A DNA stretch of 64,000 nucleotides from Candidatus Latescibacterota bacterium (GCA_965237525.1 CBDEFO010000003.1:384001-448000); one strand, 5' to 3'. Counted from the stretch's first letter, positions 51,619 to 60,791 are shown. Notes: generated by a model not told the origin, from the letters alone. Numbers and translations are program-made.

Positions 51619-53137
51619 AAGCCTTGTGAAATAGTTATGTCCCAGGCAGCGTCTGAAGCGCCGATTATGGGTCAAAGAGTAGCATATCGTATCGTTTTGC
51701 TGTGGAATAAGCAAAATAGTCTTATCAGAGTTCTGGTCAGCAAGGAATAGGAGCTGTTTGAAGAACAGGATGCACTGTCTTTGACAGACAGGGCACACAT
51801 AGACGCTTTCCCCCTTCTTATGAAAGATACAAGCCTCTTGAGATTCTGTACTGTTGCAACAAGATTCAACTGTTCATTCAGTGAGGCTGGTCCTCTGTAA
51901 CGGGCTCGTCCCATACCGTGTTGTTGCCTGGCTTCAGCAAAGATATGTTCACTGCGTTTACGGAGTCTCCGGGAGAGTTTGTAGTCAGCTGTTAATGAGA
52001 TAGACCGTGCATGATTTCTGGCTTTCGCCTCTCGCACTTTTCTATCCCGTTCGGCCTGAATATGTGCTGAATTTGTCTTGTTTTTCCATGTAGGAATCGG
52101 TTCAATCTTCTCATCGGCTCGCAGAGGAATATGGGGTATGATTCCCCGGTCAAGTACATCAGCGATAAAATTACCAGAACCGTAACCGGTATCGGCACTA
52201 AGTGTCTGAATGTCTTTGGGCATGGTGTATGTTTCAAGGTCATCTACCATCTTAAGGGCACTTTCGGGCTCTGCTGTCCCTGTCGCCTGCGTGCCCTGAG
52301 TCTCAAGGATTACTCTGCTTTTTGTGTCGATCAGATCATGGCCCATAAACGAGAGAAAAGCCCCTTTGCCCTTCGATTTGCTGTATAAGCGCGCGTCGGG
52401 GTCTGTAGTCGAACGGTGTGTTTGGTTCGTCCACTTTTCACCATGAAAGTCTTTATCCTGAGGATGCCCGGACCTACCCTTTGTCTTATCACCTTCAAAA
52501 CCGATTCCCTTGAGATAATCATCAAGAGAAACAGGGGGTTCTATCGGCTCAATACTTTTCACTGAAGCATCAGCTTGTATCTGAGTGCCGTCGACACTAA
52601 GGTGTTTACCGCTCACAACACCGACATCTATGCAACACTGGACTACCTGACGCATTATCCGTTCAAACAACCCACTGGATGCCCACTTGTGATTGCGAAG
52701 CTTGTTGATCGTGCTCCTATCCGGAACCGCATCATCAAATGTCTGATGACAAAACAACCGATATGCCGCATGCATCCCCACTTCCTGACAGAGCCGATTC
52801 TCACTCAAATTATACAGATAGCCAATAAGGATCATTCGAACAACTAATTCAGGATCAATACCGGGTCTGCCATTGTCAGGGCAATAACAATCTGATACAA
52901 CGTCTCGTACAAATGAAAAATCAACTGCCTCATCAATCTGACGAAGGATATGATCCTCGGGAACTAAATCCTCCATCTGAAAATAGTGAAACATCGGATT
53001 TGTCTGTTCCTGCTCTTGTGGGGTCATTGTTTCCTCCATGTATAATATTATCAATAACATAATATAATACATCGGAGCTGCTTTATCAATGCTTGTTCTA
53101 TACTACTTTCTGAATCTAAGGGTTTTTCACAAGGCTT
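51619..53137 (-). mobile_element. IS1182-family IS, copy 4
   Basis: 1519 bp; flanks CTAG / TTAA do not match. Confidence 0.92.
51672..53072 (-). CDS. IS1182-family transposase
   Basis: Three amino-acid changes versus copy 1 (K>E, L>V, C>Y). Confidence 0.92.
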   Translation of the reverse strand: MYYIMLLIILYMEETMTPQEQEQTNPMFHYFQMEDLVPEDHILRQIDEAVDFSFVRDVVSDCYCPDNGRPGIDPELVVRMILIGYLYNLSENRLCQEVGMHAAYRLFCHQTFDDAVPDRSTINKLRNHKWASSGLFERIMRQVVQCCIDVGVVSGKHLSVDGTQIQADASVKSIEPIEPPVSLDDYLKGIGFEGDKTKGRSGHPQDKDFHGEKWTNQTHRSTTDPDARLYSKSKGKGAFLSFMGHDLIDTKSRVILETQGTQATGTAEPESALKMVDDLETYTMPKDIQTLSADTGYGSGNFIADVLDRGIIPHIPLRADEKIEPIPTWKNKTNSAHIQAERDRKVREAKARNHARSISLTADYKLSRRLRKRSEHIFAEARQQHGMGRARYRGPASLNEQLNLVATVQNLKRLVSFIRRGKASMCALSVKDSASCSSNSSYSLLTRTLIRLFCLFHSKTIRYATL

Positions 53138-53402
53138 TTAAGAGCCCCGCCATAAAGACGGATAAGCTGTCCATTTTGGGGAGGAGTACATCAAGTTTGG
53201 AAAGATAAAAATCCCATTTGAAAAATCTGAGGGCGTAATTAAAAACAGAAAACAGAAGGATCAGTGGAAGGTATATCCAGTGGAAGGCCTTAAAGGCTAC
53301 TATTATTCTATGATAGTCAAAGTGGAGGCTAATAGCGATAAAGACTATCACTCCCAAGCACAAGGATAGGGCGATCTTTCTTTTGAGTCTTCGAAACATC
53401 AT
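53138..53402 (-). pseudogene. UPF0104/lysylphosphatidylglycerol-synthase TM-domain protein truncated by IS
   Basis: LFSVFNYALRFFKWDFYL..SLSVFMAGL runs directly into the IS end. Confidence 0.75.
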
Positions 53403-53407
53403 TATTA

Positions 53408-53571
53408 AGTAGACACAAACATAGACAGTATACGGAGGGGAAAGACTCGGACCGAGATTGCTTCGCTGGCCCCTTGCTTTGCTCGGGGCTTCAGCTCGCA
53501 ATGACCAAGAGTCCGAATCCTGGAAGCAATCCCCGATTGAGTCTATCGGGGACCGGGGGCTACTGTCTAGT
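53408..53571. repeat. Composite repeat cassette with a nested 21-bp palindrome (53531-53551)
   Basis: AGTAGACA...CTGTCTAGT; GAGATTGCTTCG..CTCGCAATGAC. Confidence 0.75.
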
Positions 53572-55011
53572 TGGTTTTAGTCTCCACAGGTATACGACCA
53601 ACACTGCGCCGAACGTGATCGTAATGATAGGAAGTACATATCTTATGTCAAAGAGGGAATCCCGGCCGCCAATTTCCCGGTATTTCTTTCTGGCAAAGAG
53701 CGTCCATTCTAATATGCTCCTGTTCCTAAATTTGGCATCTTTCCACTTCCTGCGGGCAAGATCAAATAATTCGTCTTCGCTAAGGGGCATACGGGAGAGT
53801 CTTTCTCTTGATTCTTCCTTGGGCGGTCCATCCTTCAGGATAGATTTCCAGGCCCTTACCAGATCGCCGTGCGAATCTATGATCATTACTCCGATAAGGT
53901 CGTTGAGTATGCTCCATCTTTCCGATCCTCTGCCGGAGTCGTAGGTTAGACTCGACTTCATTTCGAAGGGGTTTATATAGACGGAGTTGTAGGCCTTCTT
54001 TCGATCATAGAGTTTTGGGGTGACGGCAAGTCTGTTGAGTTGAAAGTCCATCGGGCCACCGGGAGTACCTTTTTTGTAGAACCATATCTTCTGTCCCTTC
54101 TCCGAAAGGACAAAGTCAATGAACTTCCCCGCAAGCTTTGGGTTGGGTGCTCCCTTTAGCATGGCTATTCCGTCGGGATTGACGACTGTGAGCCCCTCGG
54201 GCATTACGTAGCCAATTTTGTCCCGTCCGACCCGATTAATTGTGGACGTAGCGTAAAAGTCTATAGCCAGGCCGTACGCCGCATCACCTGTGGACACCTC
54301 TTTTAGCGTCTGCCCTGAGCCCTTCACAAAGTTTCTTACGTTGGCCCCCATACAGGTTATGACCTGCCATCCCTTATCCCATCCGTAGGCCTGGAGGATG
54401 ATCTCGTACATCATATGGACGCTTCCGCTATTTCTGGGATCTGCGGAGCTTACCCAGGTCAAAAGGGGAGGATCTGTCAGATCCTCCCACGCCTTGGGTT
54501 CGGGCAACTTCATTATATCCAGTACTTTTTTGTTGTAGATTATACCGAATCCAGCAAGGGCGGCGCCGTACCATCTGTATTGGGGGTCATATACGGGGAC
54601 CCCGGCGACAGTCTTGCCCACTCTGTCTAAGATCTTATCGGGAACCTTATATGGCTGGAGGAGTTCCAGTCGGGCAAGTTCCCAAAAGGGATCGGTTCCC
54701 CCGCCGAACAAGAGATCGACACCGATACCGTCGGGGTTTTGGGAGAATTCGGACTTGACAAATTTCAAAATGTCGGAGGTCCCTCCCACATCGAGCCATT
54801 CTATCTCCATGCCCTCATAAGCCTCTTTGAACGCCCTTTCAAATTCGTGCTCTATCCCTTCCCAGTGAGGGGAAATTATGATAATTCTCTCCTCAGAAGA
54901 CGAAATATCCGCTCCAGAAAGAGTAAACGCAAGCGCGGTGAAGAGGGCAATGTGGAAGATGTGCGTATTCACACGATAGATTAAGTAGAGGGAAAGCCTA
55001 AGGCAGCTCAC
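53560..55011 (-). CDS. ABC transporter substrate-binding protein (Fe3+/thiamine type) with C-terminal TM anchor
   Basis: IISPH, DLLFGGG, ADPRNSGS, PDGIAMLKGAPN. Confidence 0.85.
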   Translation of the reverse strand: MSCLRLSLYLIYRVNTHIFHIALFTALAFTLSGADISSSEERIIIISPHWEGIEHEFERAFKEAYEGMEIEWLDVGGTSDILKFVKSEFSQNPDGIGVDLLFGGGTDPFWELARLELLQPYKVPDKILDRVGKTVAGVPVYDPQYRWYGAALAGFGIIYNKKVLDIMKLPEPKAWEDLTDPPLLTWVSSADPRNSGSVHMMYEIILQAYGWDKGWQVITCMGANVRNFVKGSGQTLKEVSTGDAAYGLAIDFYATSTINRVGRDKIGYVMPEGLTVVNPDGIAMLKGAPNPKLAGKFIDFVLSEKGQKIWFYKKGTPGGPMDFQLNRLAVTPKLYDRKKAYNSVYINPFEMKSSLTYDSGRGSERWSILNDLIGVMIIDSHGDLVRAWKSILKDGPPKEESRERLSRMPLSEDELFDLARRKWKDAKFRNRSILEWTLFARKKYREIGGRDSLFDIRYVLPIITITFGAVLVVYLWRLKPTRQ

Positions 55012-55122
55012 AAGCAGGACGAGGCAGTCTAATGGAGATTGCTTCGCCCACTTCGTGGCTTGCCCCCGATAGATTCAATCGGGACTCAAGGGATAGGAGG
55101 AGGTACTCTGTCTACTGTTCTG

Positions 55123-56106
55123 TTATTCCAGGTCTTTGCGCGCGGCAATAGCCTCTTCTTCGGGCTTTTCTTCGCGTTCTTTTTCCATCTTCTTTATCAG
55201 CCTTTTGTCGAACTCCCTGGCGGAGTGATAGCCATGTATCTTCTCCACGTAGTTCAGGGCTATAGATTCGGATATTACGGTGACGTTCTTTCCCGGATAG
55301 ACGGGGACAGTGACCACAGGAACCTCTATATCCAAGATGGTAGTGGCCTTATCATCAATGCCTGTCCTTTCGTATTGTAAATCCTTGCTCCAATCTACAA
55401 GTTGAACCTCGACTTCGATCCTCTTTTGCAACCTTATGCCCCTAATGCCAAACATACTCCTTATGTCTATTAATCCTACGCCTCTTATCTCCATAAAATG
55501 GCTAAGGGTCGGATCACAGCTCCCCACAAGTATGCCCTGGGCCTTTCTGGTGACAGTGATTATGTCGTCGGCAACTAACCGATGTCCCCTTTCGACAAGG
55601 TCCAGAGCTATTTCGCTTTTGCCTATTCCGCTCCTCCCTGTAAAGAAGAGCCCCACACCATAGACGTCCACAAGCGATCCGTGCCGCGTTGTCTGAGGAG
55701 CCAGAAGGTCGTCCAGGTAGAAGTTGAAGAGGTGGCCAAATTTGGTCGTTCCAAGGGTTGTCTTCAATAGAGGAATGTCAGTCTGGTCCGCCAGTTCGAT
55801 CATAAGCGGCAGTGGATCGTTGTTGTCAGTGAGCACAACGCAGGGGAGATCAAATTGATATATAGTCTTGAGTGCCTCACTCCTGTCGTATTCGGAGACT
55901 TTACTTAGGTAGAGCATCTCCGTGTTACCTATGACCTGGATTCTATCGTAGGTGTAGAGGTCTATAAAGCCGGTAAGCGCCAGGCCCGCACGATGTATCT
56001 CAGTCGTGTTCATCTTCCGCCAAAGCCCGTCTTTACCGGCCAGAAGCTGGAGTCTCAACCTTCTGCCAAATTCCTCAAGTACATAACCTACCCCGACCTC
56101 TGTCAT
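55123..56106 (-). CDS. hprK: HPr kinase/phosphorylase
   Basis: GRSGIGKSE, LVADD, MEIRGVGLID. Confidence 0.97.
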   Translation of the reverse strand: MTEVGVGYVLEEFGRRLRLQLLAGKDGLWRKMNTTEIHRAGLALTGFIDLYTYDRIQVIGNTEMLYLSKVSEYDRSEALKTIYQFDLPCVVLTDNNDPLPLMIELADQTDIPLLKTTLGTTKFGHLFNFYLDDLLAPQTTRHGSLVDVYGVGLFFTGRSGIGKSEIALDLVERGHRLVADDIITVTRKAQGILVGSCDPTLSHFMEIRGVGLIDIRSMFGIRGIRLQKRIEVEVQLVDWSKDLQYERTGIDDKATTILDIEVPVVTVPVYPGKNVTVISESIALNYVEKIHGYHSAREFDKRLIKKMEKEREEKPEEEAIAARKDLE

Positions 56107-56142
56107 ATACGAACACCGCCTTGAATTTTTGGAAAAACTGAT

Positions 56143-56493
56143 TTACTCATCTTCATTTGTGTTCTCCGAGTCAAGAGAATCTATCAGTATTGACTCTTTG
56201 TCTATGCGCTTTGATCTTATCTTATCGTGCAATTTCTTCAACTGGCGCTTAAGCTTTTCCACTGCGCCATCTACCGACGCGCCCATATTGTCCGATTGGT
56301 GAGTCGCCACCAGCGTATGTTTGTAGACGTTTACGGCTATCTCCACAGAGTGCCTGTGCTTCTCCACGTTCATTGTTACATTGCAATCTATTATGCCGTC
56401 GTAGAACTTCTCCAATTTGGCTATTTCAGCGTTAATATGTTCCCTTAGCGAGTCAGACATGGCAAAGTGTCTTGCCGTAACGTTCAAGCGCAT
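56143..56493 (-). CDS. raiA: Ribosome hibernation factor / ribosome-associated inhibitor
   Basis: VTARH..SDSLREH..KLEKF, SVDGAVEKLKRQLKK. Confidence 0.92.
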   Translation of the reverse strand: MRLNVTARHFAMSDSLREHINAEIAKLEKFYDGIIDCNVTMNVEKHRHSVEIAVNVYKHTLVATHQSDNMGASVDGAVEKLKRQLKKLHDKIRSKRIDKESILIDSLDSENTNEDE

Positions 56494-56551
56494 CTATTCC
56501 CCCGTTCCCAATGTGTATTTGAGCGTTAATACTGCCTACATTATAAAACTC

Positions 56552-56580
56552 AAGATAACTTGTAACTGAAGATATGTCAA
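56552..56580 (-). promoter_or_regulatory. Sigma70-type promoter of raiA-hprK
   Basis: TTGACA-17bp-TATCTT. Confidence 0.65.
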
Positions 56581-56599
56581 CACCTTTTTTCCTTAGGGA

Positions 56600-57762
56600 G
56601 AAGAGTAAAGACACATGGTATCCACCCTCACGGGATAATTTTGCCTATACTTAGGTGAGGACTGAAAAAAGGAGGGTAGATACCATGGAGAATGCTATCA
56701 GTTACAGTGATGTTCTTGTTCTTAATCCTAATCCTGTTGATCTTCATATCAAGATGGTTCAGACTGCTCAGCTATACGGTGTCTCGTATGCTGCAAGGGC
56801 TTTTAATACAACACGCAAGAGCATAAGAAAATGGCTGAAACGTTATCTTGAAGAGTCTAGAAAATCATACGAAAGCACCCATTAACCCTCACTGTTTGTT
56901 ACCGGAGGAGATCAGAAAGCTGATTGTAAAGTTCTGACAGACCCATCCTTCTTTGGGATATCCGTATCTATTGGGTTTTCTCCAAAAACAAAATGTTCCA
57001 ACTGATCAAATTCCCTCCAAACAGACTGCCTATGCTATCTGGAAAAAACACAATCTCATAAAGAAACGCAGGCGAAGATGGAAGAAAAAGAAACTTGTTT
57101 GCCAGTGGAAAAAGAAACTACGCCCCTTTGAATATATCCAGATCGATGTCAAACATCTGTGCGATATCCCCAACTACCTGAAACAACACTACAAAACAGG
57201 TGCCCAACTCCCTATGTTTGAGTATACTGCCAGAGATATCAAGACAGGCGGTCTCTTTGTAAGCCTGGCAGACGAACAAAGCCTGATCAACTCCTGCATC
57301 TTGGCCGAAGCATTACTCCAACACCTGGAAGACCACAAGGTCTATCCACGAAAGATCCAAACCGACAACGGCAGCCAATTCGTCAATACAGAGGATGCCC
57401 TCAAAAAGACCCTCTTTACCGACCTCATCCAACAAAGAGGCATAGAACATAAACGCATCCCACCAGGGGCTACTACATACCAATCCGATGTAGAACGCGC
57501 CCACAGCCTAATCGAATATGAATTCTACGACACCATCAAGACTACCAACCGTGCCAACCTCTGCCGGAAACTCCAAACCTATCAATGGTTGTTCAATGCC
57601 CAAAGACATAATAGCTACAAAGAATCCAAAACCCCTCTGCACATAGCAACCGAACATACACCCACAGAAAACCTCGACCCTCAACTTTTTAACTTCCCAG
57701 TCTTGATCCTTGACTCTCTTCTCTCTATCTTTATCAGGGATGGATACCATGTGTCTTTACCC
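56600..57762 (+). mobile_element. IS481-like element (defective transposase) with 20-bp IRs and 19-bp flanking direct repeat
   Basis: IR GTAAAGACACATGGTATCCA (56605) / TGGATACCATGTGTCTTTAC (57741); DR CACCTTTTTTCCTTAGGGA at 56581 and 57763; HTH + QIDVK, QTDNGSQF, VERAH; frameshift and TGA between the two ORFs. Confidence 0.85.
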
Positions 57763-57951
57763 CACCTTTTTTCCTTAGGGATTTCGCGATGAAATAATGT
57801 TGTATCGGAATGCTAAGATGACTTTGGGCGAGAGATTGCATTATAATTATTCATTTGACTTTACCTATTTTCTTTATTATCTTTTTATATCAAAGTGGTC
57901 TATTTTGAGAGGATGAGAACCATAATTTAACCTTAAACATGTGGAGGCATA

Positions 57952-58614
57952 ATGGGACGCTTTTACGATGAGGCTCTGATTCCTGATGAAATGAGAAGGA
58001 ATTTTGATGTCTACGACAGGATAAAAGAAATAGGGATCAACCTCGGCACGTTTGAGGAAAAAGTCGGATCTATTGCAGGGGCAGGACTTGCTGGAGCCAT
58101 TTTTTCGGAATCCGGACTGGTCTATCTTTCTGGTGCGGGCGGAGGCACCGTGTCAATGTTGGATCACGAGGAATTGATAAAGTTGGGTCAGGAGGGGGGA
58201 AGAGAGGCAGCAGATCAGCACATCAGCACTCTTCACTGGGCTATAACTTGCGGCGGTGAGGGAGGAGACCTCAACGATGTCCTCTACACCGTCAAGGTGC
58301 TCGGCATGGTAGCCTCACCCGCTGCGGCAGCATTTCTCAGCGCCCCAGCTGTGATAAACGGTTACTCGTTCAGACTGCACTCTGTATTCGGCGGAGGTCA
58401 CTCAGATTATGCTCAAGATGGGATCGATCCAGGGGGCTTCTCGGGTGTGCATGCCAGAAGCGCTGTGGGAGGCTTCGCCGGAGGATGGTCGGTGGAACCT
58501 GAAATAATCGTTGCAATTCCTTCGGAGTTGGCAAAGGGGATAATCAAGAATAGAGGTTGGATCTTTCCTCTTCCACCCGCTGTGCTTGAAAAGGTATTAA
58601 AGTCCCGCGGTTAG
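57952..58614 (+). CDS. Divergent RidA/YjgF-like protein
   Basis: LVYLSG, VKVLGMV, PAVING.S..L..VFG, HARSAVG, VEPE; RBS GGAGG. Confidence 0.6.
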   Translation: MGRFYDEALIPDEMRRNFDVYDRIKEIGINLGTFEEKVGSIAGAGLAGAIFSESGLVYLSGAGGGTVSMLDHEELIKLGQEGGREAADQHISTLHWAITCGGEGGDLNDVLYTVKVLGMVASPAAAAFLSAPAVINGYSFRLHSVFGGGHSDYAQDGIDPGGFSGVHARSAVGGFAGGWSVEPEIIVAIPSELAKGIIKNRGWIFPLPPAVLEKVLKSRG

Positions 58615-58621
58615 ATAGTTC

Positions 58622-58646
58622 TGGCCGGGTTTGAAAAGCCCGGCCA
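58622..58646. terminator. Hairpin between convergent genes
   Basis: TGGCCGGGTTT-GAA-AAGCCCGGCCA. Confidence 0.7.
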
Positions 58647-58649
58647 TCT

Positions 58650-59675
58650 TCATTTTGAGCTTGTGCAAAGTCTCCTTACAAGTGTCTCGACAGATGTCTT
58701 TTCGCCTCTTCTTGTCCTTCCTCCCTTAAGCTCGCTATCAGCTTGGAGGAGGAGCTCGGTGTCCTCCAAGAGTTCATCCTCAAGGAAGTTTTTAGCCTGG
58801 GCTAAGTAATTCTTTACAAAATACGGGTGAACTCTGAGCTTTTTGGACAGTTCATCAGGTGGAAGCCCTGACCCCTCCAATTTCTGGACCTTCAAGAGGA
58901 TCATAAGATGCCGAAAGATAGCCGCTACGATCCTTGTGCCCTTTTCTCCCTTTGCAGACATTCTCCCGGCTATGAATAGGGCCTTTGACGTATCCTTTTC
59001 CCCTATTGCATCCGTAAGGTCGAAAATGCTCTCAGATCTGGAATACCCGACCACATCTTCCACATCCTTTTTGTCTATCTGAGGCCTGTCACTCACAGAG
59101 ATCGAAAGTTTTTCTATCTCATTGGCAAGATCACCTAAATTGCTCCCAGCACTCTGGTGAAGTAATCTGACGGCGTCAGAAGATATTTTCTTCTTATACC
59201 TTTTGACTTTCCCCTCTATCCATCCGGGAATACTCCTGTCGTAGAGGGGCTTAAACTCGACTACTGTGCCTCTCTTTAGAAGCAGGGAAAATACCTCCCT
59301 GCGCGTATCGGTCTTTCCTCCAGCTACATCCATTTTCCCCCCGACCAAGATAAAAGATGTAGTCTCCGGAGGATCTGAAATCAGCGGCAGGAGTGCTTGG
59401 GCCATCTTTTGAGACATCTGCTCGCACCTCTTGAGTACCACCACCCTTTTAGCAGACATCAGTGGGAACGAAGTAACGGCGTTGACCACAGTCTCCGGTG
59501 CTGTCTGATCGGAGTAAAAGACGCTCAAGTTGAAATCTCTGTTTGACGGGGCAACTATAGACTCGACAAGTAAGGAGAGTGTCTCATCCCTTTGAAACTC
59601 ACCCTGACCGTATAACAGGTAGAGCGGAGAAAAATCCCTCCGTTCGATGTGCGCTATAAGCTGTTTGTAGTCCAT
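58650..59675 (-). CDS. holA: DNA polymerase III subunit delta
   Basis: PLYLLYG, FPLMSAKRVVVL, NEIEKL, IFDLTDAI, VHPYFV, ADSELKG. Confidence 0.93.
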   Translation of the reverse strand: MDYKQLIAHIERRDFSPLYLLYGQGEFQRDETLSLLVESIVAPSNRDFNLSVFYSDQTAPETVVNAVTSFPLMSAKRVVVLKRCEQMSQKMAQALLPLISDPPETTSFILVGGKMDVAGGKTDTRREVFSLLLKRGTVVEFKPLYDRSIPGWIEGKVKRYKKKISSDAVRLLHQSAGSNLGDLANEIEKLSISVSDRPQIDKKDVEDVVGYSRSESIFDLTDAIGEKDTSKALFIAGRMSAKGEKGTRIVAAIFRHLMILLKVQKLEGSGLPPDELSKKLRVHPYFVKNYLAQAKNFLEDELLEDTELLLQADSELKGGRTRRGEKTSVETLVRRLCTSSK

Positions 59676-59705
59676 AAGAAAGTAAAAGGATACAGCGCTG
59701 GGGCA

Positions 59706-60728
59706 TCAACTCTTTCTACGTCCAAGCATTAGCTCATGGGCCCTGCGGTACATCGCCAACGCGTCTTTGGGCTGATTCTTCCTGTCGTAGAGCACCCCCA
59801 AATACCAGTACGCCCTGCCGTTGTTCGGATCGCTCTCCAAAAACTTCTGGAACGATTGTATGGCCCTGTCGTAAAGTCCCTTGTGGAGATGGGCGGCTCC
59901 GAGATAATAGTAGGGCTCAAAGAAGTTTTTGTCTATGTTAATGGCCCTTTGAAGATCAAGTATGGCCCTGTCGTAGTGACCTTTTTTGCATAGCAGGACG
60001 CCCATAGTGTAGTGTGCCCTGAAGCTTCCCGGTTCTATCTCTATTACTTTGCTGAACTCTGCTTCAGCCTCTGTATAGAGACCACTCTGCCAGTAGGTTG
60101 TCCCCAAGTTGTAGTGAGCGTCCAGATTGTTGGGGTCTAGAGTCAGGACCTCTTTGAATTCGCTGGCAGCCTTGTTGTAATCTCCTAACTTTTCATATAC
60201 CAATCCCAGGCCGTTTCTGGCCTCAACATTTCTGGGCTCTCTTCTAAGGATATACTTGTACTTTTCAACAGCGGTCCAAGGGTCCCCCTTTTGGGCGTCC
60301 TCTTTTGCTTCTTTCTTATATCTTTCTAATTCGTCTTCCATCTTTTCTAAAACGCCCTTCTGCCCTTCGAAATCCGGGGGAGTTTCAGATGCAGAGCCCT
60401 CACCGACAAACGCTTGTTCTCTATAGTCGTCCACCTTTCTTTGAGATAGGCTCTCTGCTATCTTATCTCTGAATTTGGAGTACGGCTTGAAATGGGGTTT
60501 TGGCTTCATCTGGGAAGACTGGTCCAGTACATCTTTAGACTGTTTGACCCGTATGGAAGGTCTAAACGTCCCGAATCCCCTCAGTTCAATCTTTTCTCCC
60601 TTCTCCAGCGCCACACTAATCTCAGATAGTACTCCTTCCAGGACTCTGCTTACATCCTCCCTGGACAGGGAATATCTCTCCGAGATGATGCGTGCTATAT
60701 CGTCGTTGTTTAGCGAGTTCCTTTCCAT
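59706..60728 (-). CDS. HU/IHF-domain protein fused to TPR repeats
   Basis: GEKIELRGFGTF..PHFKP, followed by about six TPR motifs. Confidence 0.85.
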   Translation of the reverse strand: MERNSLNNDDIARIISERYSLSREDVSRVLEGVLSEISVALEKGEKIELRGFGTFRPSIRVKQSKDVLDQSSQMKPKPHFKPYSKFRDKIAESLSQRKVDDYREQAFVGEGSASETPPDFEGQKGVLEKMEDELERYKKEAKEDAQKGDPWTAVEKYKYILRREPRNVEARNGLGLVYEKLGDYNKAASEFKEVLTLDPNNLDAHYNLGTTYWQSGLYTEAEAEFSKVIEIEPGSFRAHYTMGVLLCKKGHYDRAILDLQRAINIDKNFFEPYYYLGAAHLHKGLYDRAIQSFQKFLESDPNNGRAYWYLGVLYDRKNQPKDALAMYRRAHELMLGRRKS

Positions 60729-60791
60729 TTAGGTAATTCCTCTTTAGGTGGACGGTTGTAAGGACACCTACTCTCCCTGACTGTCTGCTGT

